From: Octopus vulgaris
Taxonomy: Eukaryota
Reading direction: 5' to 3'
Length of the DNA stretch: 64,000 nt
Assembly: GCA_951406725.2 (NCBI GenBank)
Contig: OX597829.1
Span: 24,552,001-24,616,000 of the forward strand
A program made the position numbers and the translations under genes. Under the pieces are notes generated by a model. The model saw only the letters and a program-made list of their open reading frames with translations. It did not search any database and was not told the origin of the DNA. Position 1 is the first letter of the stretch. Every line of letters starts with the position of its first letter. Positions 54,787 through 64,000 of the stretch are shown one piece after another.

Positions 54787-56724
54787 AGATATATACACAC
54801 ATACATAAATATTGAACAGTGAGAATGAGTGCTCAGCATCGCATTGGTGGGCAAATATTCTTGATTCATGTACTAAGGCTACCATTGGTTTCATGTTAAG
54901 AAATATCTCAATTTTTCTATGTGATCGGATTGAAGAATTGAGATATTTCAAAGTGTGTGTGTATGCGTATGTATATATATATGTATATAATATATGAGTG
55001 AGTGGACAAACAAAAGAAAGAGGCACTCAACACATTTAGTAGGAGTTACATATATTATTACTTAAAGCAGTTTGATTCAGCCCAACGAAACAAAGTTTCA
55101 TAGGCTCATCACAAGAACCTAGTTTGTCATGCTCAGATGGCTAAATGGAGCCAAGCTAGGTTCCTGATACAAGCCTGCAAAACTTCAAGTTGCATAGGGC
55201 CAAATCAATCTGTTTATATATATTTCTTTCCTGTCCTCAGCTCTTGGTGGAGCCAGTGGACAACCATTATGATATATAAGCATTTTTAAAACCGAGTCCA
55301 TCGTTCTCTTTTTCTGAGTACAAACAATTTCTCCCAGAAAGTGAGAAAGAGAGAACCCACTCCAGAAGGGCTTGGAATAGAGAGGCCTATGTTATTCTGA
55401 ACCTGGTACAGAAGTATCCAGTCCAGGAGAGTCCAAGTTCAGAAGACCTTGGAGCAGAAGCACAAGTTGTTTCAGTAATATATTAAATAAAGCACCCTTA
55501 AGACCTAGTTAATATCTCTAGTTTCAAGTTAAAAAGTTAAGGGCTGGCATTCCTCATGGAGTGGACACCAATCCAATCACACAAGATAGACAGGTACTGC
55601 CTCAGGTTATAACAAATTCCTCACATTTTTGTGAACTGGTCTAATAAAGAACTGTTCTGCTTATCAGGCACAATAAAAAAGAATTCCTGCAGGAGATTTG
55701 AATACAAGGCCCACAAGCAAATAAGTGGATAACTGATTTATTATAATTTATGAAGTAACAAAGAACTGAAAACAATGAAACAATTGTACAGAATTTAGAG
55801 TTAATCTTTTAAGTGTACAAACAGAGAAGGGAGAGACTTAAATAATTTGACCGGTCTAAATAAAAGTGTATATTATCTATCAATATAAACGATATGAGAT
55901 GACTCTGGCATTTGTTATTTTGTTGTTCTTTTTTTTGTAATACTATGTTAGATAATTGTTAAAATAGTGATAAATTATCTCATCATAAGATTCCTAGACT
56001 AGAATAAGAACTCAAAGAGAGAGAAAGACAGGAGGAGGAGAACAAGTAATGAAGATTTTTGGCAAGATTCCTAGCAAGTAGAACACATTCTTGCTGTACT
56101 CTGACAACCATTGTTATTTTGGTAGACATTCTAGATAACCGCCAAATCTTAGTATCTTCCAAGTAATGAGTAACAACGTCAAACACAATAGATTTGTGTA
56201 CAGGAAACCAATTGTATATACATAGGTCAAACACATCAGGTATATAAAGAAAAAAAATTATGATGCCAAATAAGTATGGCCTGACATTGAGCCAGTTTAA
56301 GTCGAGTGTAACTGTCAAAAAAGCTTGTGCTTAAGAACTTTATGAACACAGACATAGGGAAAAGTTGGTGCTAACATAATATGATGAGCTATGGAATTTA
56401 AATCAAAATAATACTCCAAGTGACGAGGAACAGTCTTTAACTTAATGATTAATTTTAAGCAGCAAATGGAAACAACCTTACAATTTAATTTAATTGAAAG
56501 ATATTAAAAATAGAATGTAGATAGATAGGAGGGTGGATCATATCTTATTAGTACTGTGATAATTCTAAGCATGTGTTTTAATTAATTAAAATTTCTTGGT
56601 TCACTACACTGTTAGCTTTTTATGCAGCAAGCACACCTGAGCATTCCCTCCCTCTAGTCAGCCATTCTATTCTATGATGTTGGCCATTTCTTAAACACTG
56701 CACACACTGTTCCAATTTGTTTTG

Positions 56725-56790
<66 letters not shown>

Positions 56791-57175
56791 CAATCTTTAT
56801 CCTCACCCATTTAGTACACTCGGTAATTGTAATACCAATGCAATAAAAACCACTTGTGTATTAATAATTGGGTATTCTACCAGCAGTATATTGGATAGAT
56901 ATCCCTTAGTTGGTTGGATTCACAACCTCTAACTTTCTTGGAATATATATACACACACATATATCAGAAAGGTCACTGGATCACACAAGTTTACCATTTT
57001 ATACCATGTCATGTGTAACTGAACATTTCAAAATCAGTCAAGAATCAGTCATAACAATATAAATTCCAGGATTATCTTTTGTACAAATTCCTAAATTATC
57101 TTATGAGTCAAACAAATAAGAAAGTGTATTCATATATAACATTGTGATTAAAGCATTAAAGTATAGAATACATAC

Positions 57176-57250
57176 CTGTAGGTTAATAGTAAGCCATCTA
57201 TTATCCAAACGAGCTTGGGCATGTAGATAAATCTCCGATGCCCAACTCAT
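57176..57250 (-). CDS. HERC2: HERC2 coding exon 1 (start codon), MSWASEIYLHAQARLDNRWLTINLQ
   Basis: Resembles the human HERC2 N-terminus (..CLAAQARLDSKWLKTDIQ). ATG at 57250; donor CAG|GTATG in phase 0. An upstream acceptor (ttgtag|G at 57291) implies a short 5'UTR part and an earlier non-coding exon. Confidence 0.9.
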
Positions 57251-59680
57251 TTTTATGATGACTGGATCTGATTTGGAATTTTTCAATAATCCTACAATGA
57301 AGAATTTTAAAAAATCATAGCCATAATATACATTCATGTAAGTACATATAAGTGTATAGGTGTATGAGAGAGAAGAACACTGCATGCATGCACTAGCCAC
57401 TACACACATTTTTTCTCTCTCCTTGTTTCTTTCTATGTGGAAGAGCATAGGCTCGAAATGTAAAAGACTTTTTCAATTCCCGAGCGTTATACTAATACAT
57501 CTGTTTGTTTTCTACACCACCTGTCTTCGTCTTTTGTTTTGTTTTTTTTGTGAATTCTCCCTACACACACACACACACATTTACATAAGTACACAAACAC
57601 AACACAGTGTCCCTGCAAACACTTAGATGGATGCTCAGTTGTTGATGAGACCCAAAACTAGATTGAATTTGGTCCAGATGATACCCCTATTTTCTATCCA
57701 CAGAGAGATTGTAAAAAAGACATTTATTTGCAAGTGTCTTGTGCATTAAACCACCTTAACTTGAAATTTGATGGAAGGTTATTGATTCTAACCATTTTAT
57801 TCCTTTTGTTACCATATTTCTATCTTAATATAGAATCTTTGTTTCAATTAATTTTGAAAATGATGACAAGTTCAGTAAAATAACTTAGTCGTTATTAATT
57901 TGGTATTTAACATAAAATTTTGATAGAAAGTTTTAATTTAGATCACTTTAACTCTTTTGTAACCATATTTCTGTTGATATGCTCTACCTTTGTTTCAATA
58001 CATTTTGAAAATAATGAAGACTTTAATAAAATAACTGTTAGTATTAAAGCATATGTTTAGAACATAGATTAACATGAAATTTTGATGTTAGATTTTAATT
58101 TAGATCAATTTAATGCTCTGAGTTTGTATCCTGAAATGAGGGCAGGTTGATACAAAAAGGCTTAATGAACTATAGAATAAGTCTACATTTTAGTGTCTAC
58201 TTTTTTCATACTCACATTAGTTTGACAAAATTCATTAAGGCAGTTTTTCTACAACTGGACACCCTTCTTGTTACTAACCCTTACCTGTTTCCAGGCAAAG
58301 TAATATTTCCCCATTGCCAGCCAGACATGTTTTCACTGTAGATTGGAAATGGACATTGCTTGTTTGACAGTGTAATTTGCTTACAACCATCATGCAATAT
58401 CAAGACAAGGACACACACACACACGACAAGATTCTTTCAGTTTTTGTCTACCAAATTAACTCACAAGTCTTTGAGTGGTCCAGTGCTATAGCAGAAAACA
58501 TGAGGTTCCACAGTGGGACTAAACCCAAAATCATGTGACTGCAAGGCAAAATTCTCAAGCCACACAAAGTATACCTTTCATCATCATTAATTTTAGCTTC
58601 CACATTTCCATACTTGCATGGGTCAACTGCAATTTGCTGAAGCAGATTTTCTATGACCAAATGCGCTTCCTGTCTCCAACCTTCACCTGTTTCCATGCAA
58701 GGCAATATTTTCTCATGGCTGGACATTTTTCTCAGGAGGCTGGAAATGAACATCATTCATATGAACAGTAATGCTCATTTACAACTACCACGTGATGTCT
58801 AGACAGAGGTACACATACCACACACAAACAACAAGCTTTTTCCAATTTCTGTCAACCAAATCCCTCACAAGGCATTGGTTGGCTCTGAGCTATAATAGAG
58901 AACACTTGCCCAAGATGCCACACAGTAGGATTAAACCCAAGACCACATGGTTGAGAAGCAAGCTTCTCAACCACACAATCACATCTGCACCTATATAAAT
59001 GACACTGAAAATAAAAGGGGTTCAAAAAGACATGGGATGGTTCAATAAGATTCAATAATTGAACACTCTCCCTTACAGCATTCAGATTATTGTCAAATGT
59101 GATGTTTAGTTATTCACAGTGTTTTAAAGTAATCATGTATTATCTTGATGCTTCACGATTTCAATGATGTAATTGTTCATTCTTAGAAGGATATTGTAGG
59201 GTAGGCATGAGAGACCAGATGTAGTCAGCTTGAACATAAAACATGTAGAATATTAGGACCTGATTTGGCCAGTTTAAATGCTAAACGGTGAAATGGAGAT
59301 TGCTGTGATTCTAATTGCAAAAAAAAAAAAAATAATACATAAAAATTTATCTACAAAAATACTGAAATATTGTAAATTATTTGAATTAGTGGTTGGGTGA
59401 GGAGACAAATGAAAATATTATGATATGAATGAATTAACTTTGGATAATTAACTGAATGTTCTAGAATTAAAAAAAAAAATTATTTAGAAGCCATATCTTG
59501 TTTGGAAATTTTTCAAAAAGGTTGCATTGGGTTTACAATTAATAACTTTCAAGTAACTACTATCAAAATATATCATTAATAATTTTGTTTCACCAAATCA
59601 AATGTTTTTCTTTTTGCCTCTCAAGCACATGATTTCATGTTCAATCCCACTGCATATGTGTATGTATGTAAGTATATATG

Positions 59681-59728
<48 letters not shown>

Positions 59729-59749
59729 TATATACACACATGAGTTGAC

Positions 59750-61200
59750 TAAAGATTGGTTCTCAGTACTCCATTAATCATCATAGTCCTCCAGGCCATA
59801 ACAGAAGAATTTAAGACTGGCTGCCCTTGGGAGCATCTCCATGCTGATGACCTTGTTCTTATAACTGAATCACAACAAGGACTAGAGAAGAAATTTCAGG
59901 TGTGGAACCAAGGCCTTAGAATCAATTTGGCAAAGATCAAAGTCCTAATAAGTAGGCAAACAGACAAATCGCAAATTCCTTGAAGGAGAAACATGTGGTC
60001 CCCATTATTCTCTTTATATCATCAATTCATGAGTGGAGAACCTTCCGAGTTGTCATTTTCACTTACACAGGTACCACTTGATAATTGCATGGCTCCACTG
60101 ATTATTGGTGCACCGTGCAACATGTCCAGCCCATCTGAGTTTGTCCAGATGGTATTCAGTGATAACATCCTTCGCTCTGGTTCTTTCCCTAATCTCTCAA
60201 GGAGATTCCCAGCATTAACCTTTCCATGGCTCTTTGCACCATTGCTAATTGCTGTTCCTCCCTCTTCATAATCACTCATGTTTCACTTGCATTGAGCATT
60301 GAAGGTAGAACTATACCGTTGAAAAGGTTTGTGCAAGTGATTTTGTTGAGGCTTGATCTTATTCTCTGCGAAATCTCATTATTCATTTCATGTCTGATGG
60401 TTATAGCTTGGTCAAGATACACAGAAATTTCTACCTCCTCGATTTCATTGCCTCTAACCACAACTTGGGGAGGTTCATGTACTGCACCACAACGTCCTTG
60501 CTTCTTGAGGGACAGCAGCACGCATTGATCTCAACACTGTCAAAGGTACTTTCATATTCAACAAATGCATGCACAGAGGCAACTGGTACTCTTATGCTTA
60601 CATGAACAATTTCATCAAAGTGAATATGTGATCCATCATGCTGAAATTCTTTCTAAAGCCTGCATGTTCTCTTGGCAGCTGTTCAAACTGTTGCAATAAT
60701 CATACAATTTTTTTTATCTTTGTAGACAGCTTGTATGTATATGTGAGACAGGAGGCATACTGAATGATAGTTCTTGAGGTTTTCTCAATTACCCTTCTTG
60801 TGCAACAGGACGGTGTCCTACTCTTTCTATTGAGAGTGGTATGCGCCTTTCTCTTATGTAGGTGTTTAAATATAGAGCAAGGATTTCCCAGAGATGCTTT
60901 CCACTGATCTGCAGAATTTCAAATGTTATACCATCCTTACCCAGTGCTTTGCCATGTAACACAGCTGCATGTATACAGGCATCATACAGTTGCCTTTCAC
61001 TCTGAGGGAGAGGCCCTTAGTTGCCAACAAAGTTAGAAGCTTCCTGAACTTTGTCCAGCCTATTCTTATTCTAACAACCACACTTTAAGGATTTCCTCCA
61101 CTACTGCTCACTTGGTCTCCTAGGTACAGAAGCTATCTACTTCTTCAAATGATCCCCCTGAGCTTTTGAGGGAACCTATTGTTTGCACATTTTTCGTGCT
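59750..61200. mobile_element. Cluster of RTE-like LINE fragments on both strands
   Basis: Plus strand 59756-59983 has WEHLHADDLVLI (YADD-derived). Minus strand 60276-60521 has IEEVEISVYLDQ..NNEISQRI..LPSMLNASET. Minus strand 60870-61200 is similar to the 46.5 kb copy. Confidence 0.7.
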
Positions 61201-61229
61201 CATTGTGTGTGTGTACACACACACACACA

Positions 61230-61615
61230 CAGGGTGCAGTGAATAAACTGTCGTCTAAATTACACAGAACTGAAAATAACACTGATATCTCATTTTAACA
61301 GATATATTTACAAAAATTACATAAAAATATCTTGAAATACTAAAGAGTAAATTTATTCAATAAAATCGCCATTGACTTCAACCATGGCCTCCAGATGACT
61401 TCAGAATCTCCTGCAATTCTTCTGGATGGTCTCCTTGTTTAAGTTGGTGAATGCTGCCATAATCCTTGCCTTCAGTTCATCTTTGGTGTTACAAGTTTTG
61501 TTGGTATCTCACTCAACTGCACCCCACACATAATAATCAAGGGGATTGCAGTCTGAGGAGTTAGGTAGCCAGATGTTAAGGATGATGGGATGACAGAGAT
61601 TGTCTGACAGCTATG
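61230..61615 (-). mobile_element. Tc1/mariner-superfamily transposase 3' fragment with terminal sequence
   Basis: Reads WLPNSSDCNPLDYYVWGAVE..TKDELKARIMAAF..GDFIE*, a WPPNSPDLNPLD-type motif. Confidence 0.8.
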
Positions 61616-61619
61616 ACTT

Positions 61620-62450
61620 GTGAAAATTTGGTATATTTCTTCCACACAAGTTACATCTATTATTGCCTATTCTATAAGGGTTTACCTTACTAATTATTTC
61701 CCAAGCAATGGAAAATACTTTGTTACTATCTTTTAGTGCCCAAATTTGCTTACTAAAGTTGGTAGTATTTATTTTGTTCCTATTTCTAAATGAACTTAAA
61801 TGATTGATAATTCTCTGCTTAATATAACATGAGCTAGCTTTATATAGAAATATTTTCTATTCTCTGAGGTAATCTTACATCTGTATACAATATTTTTATA
61901 CCTACAATTAGAGTTAAGTGGATAGACCCTGTTCCTTGCACAACTGTATTTAATAGTTCTACTATTTCTATTACTAGTATCTGCTTCACCTTCTCTAGAT
62001 GTTGTTTCTATATTCTCCTGTCCATCTTCTAAGCTATTAGTCTTTTGCACATAGACAACATTCTGAGTACTGTTCTTTTTAGGATGCGCATCTACTTCTA
62101 GGCTAATGGGGGAATTCACTCGGCTATCTTCTATTTTATTGGTTATCGAACCATAGTTCCTATCCTGATACCTAGTTGTGTTACTTATGGTTGGTTCACT
62201 CATGTTGACATTGTTGCTATTTATTGATCATTAATTATAATTTTGCTTATTATTATTGCTTTTTGGTTAGTGGTGTTCTTCATATTATGCATACTATTTT
62301 GATTATTGTCAGGATAGTCCATCCCACAACTTATATTATTTCTATTATTACTAATGTTAAAGAATTTTAATTTTTCTCTATACACCACCTTCTCTGATGC
62401 TAAATTATAAAAGTCCTCATTAAGTTTAAATACTTTCACATTTCGGATTT
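61620..62450 (-). mobile_element. Penelope-like element fragment, GIY-YIG endonuclease, frameshifted
   Basis: PLNSNCRYKNIVYRCKITSENRKYFYI, then in a shifted frame KQRIINHLSSFRN..TTNFSKQIWALKD..WEIISKVNPY..RCNLC. Confidence 0.85.
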
Positions 62451-63218
62451 CTATATGTATGTACATATATATATATTTGTCTGTGTGTGTGTGTGAAGGC
62501 ACATGCCCCAGTGATTAGGATGTTGCACTCATGATCACAAGATTGTGGGTTCAGTTCCTGGACCAGAGGGCACATGGTATTCTTGAGGAAAACATTTTAC
62601 TGCATGTTAAATTGGTAACCTTGACAGAATACATACACACATTTATGGGCATATATAAATATATATCATCATCATCATCATTAACATCTCCTTTCCATGT
62701 TGGCATGGGTTGGATGGTTTGAGTAGGACTGGCAAATCAGGAGGTAGCGCCAGGCTCCAGTCTGAACTGCCAAGGTTTCTACAGCTGGATGCCCTTCCTA
62801 ACGCCAACCATTCCGAGAGTGTAGTGGGCGCTTTTTACATACCATCGGCATGGGAGCCAGTCAGCAGCACTGGCATCAACCACATTCGAATGGTGCTTTT
62901 TATGTGCCACCGGCACAAGAGCTAGACAGCTGGCACTGGCAACACTAAAATGGTGCTTTTTATGTGCCACCAGCACAGGTGGCACTGGCCCCAACTATGA
63001 TTTCACTTGACTCAACAGGTCTTTTCAAGTTCAGCATATTGCTCAATGATTGAAGGGTTCTGTTAAACAGGCCAATTATGCAACACTAGCATCAAAACTT
63101 GTTTTATTCCGTTCATATTAACATTTTAGGGTCAACTTAATTCATAGTATTTTCCCATTATGCACCAGTTTGGCTGGGTAACATTACAAGCAAACAAGAT
63201 TCAAACTGACTTTTAATG

Positions 63219-63273
<55 letters not shown>

Positions 63274-63723
63274 TATACATACATACAGAAAGTATGGGGG
63301 GTTAGTTCACAGGTGATCTAAATGATTAGGTATGCTAGGTAAGTGCTGGAACAGATTACCAGGGCTCCAAGGTTATAGCTGAGATGGTAGTTATGGAGCC
63401 ATTGTAGACTTCCGATGCAGCAGATATATAATTGTTAAAGAGAACAACAAACATCTCAATACATAATTATTAGGAAAAATTCAGTGAACGTTGATAGGTT
63501 TGCATCCTTTTTCTCTGGATGTTTACAATATCAAGATTTTAATCCACATGGATCTATGCAGGATTGCACCTGAGGACTTATGCACTTGTTTCTACAACAT
63601 CGGAAAGTTGAACTATGAACTTTTATGCTTCTTTTGTCTTCTCTCACTTCAACTTCTTATTCCTTTACTCCCTTCCTCTATGTTGTCATTTCATTAATAT
63701 ATATACTTCTCATTTTCCCTATC

Positions 63724-63781
63724 TGTCTCTGATGATGGAATATCCCTTACTCTGGGATATCCCAGAAACAGCTGTAAGACA
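63724..63781 (+). ncRNA. Minimal type I hammerhead ribozyme
   Basis: tgtct-CTGATGA-tggaatatccc(ttactct)gggatatccca-GAAA-cagctg-TA-agaca. Complete core, 5-bp stem I, 11-bp stem II with one mismatch, palindromic stem III (ACAGCTGT), GUA cleavage triplet. Confidence 0.85.
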
Positions 63782-63864
63782 TTGAATTTTTTCTAATTAT
63801 AATAATCATGTATATGACTTGAGATGTTTGCTTTGCCTTAATGTTTGCTTTCCTCTTTAACAAT

Positions 63865-63908
<44 letters not shown>

Positions 63909-64000
63909 GATATCATCGTCATCACTGTCATTTAATGTCCACTTTCCATGCTGACATGGGTTGGCTAGTATGACTGAGAACTGGCAAGCAGAGAGGCTGC

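Noticed and set aside
55983-56318. 111-aa minus-strand ORF and ATGATGA/CTGA boxes suggesting a snoRNA
   Set aside because: No recognisable homology. The boxes are on the strand opposite to HERC2 and I saw no terminal stem.

Overview
AT-rich, repeat-dense animal genomic DNA, most likely from an octopus (judged from the SINE/LINE families and microsatellite style). One host gene runs on the minus strand: the 5' part of HERC2, the giant E3 ubiquitin ligase. I could chain 12 GT-AG coding exons with consistent phases (57250 down to 335; 2379 nt, 793 codons), covering the N-terminus and the first RCC1-like domain. The gene continues below position 1, and a non-coding first exon probably lies upstream, possibly beyond 64000. 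The intron 21990-57175 is about 35 kb. Introns are filled with tRNA-type SINEs, piggyBac-like and mariner MITEs, non-autonomous Helitrons, and RTE, R4/Dong, L1/Tx1 and Penelope fragments. The most notable items are: an intact minimal type I hammerhead ribozyme at 63724-63781; a Penelope copy with inverted pLTRs that each carry a long-stem-II hammerhead, one in HERC2 sense; an ORF1-only LINE derivative sharing its 3' tail with a SINE; two long fold-back palindromes at 45.8-46.4 kb; a candidate poison exon; and a Cys-rich HERC2 exon module not present in the human sequence as I recall it. Most ORF-track entries are repeat or microsatellite artefacts. All homology calls are from memory; no search was run.
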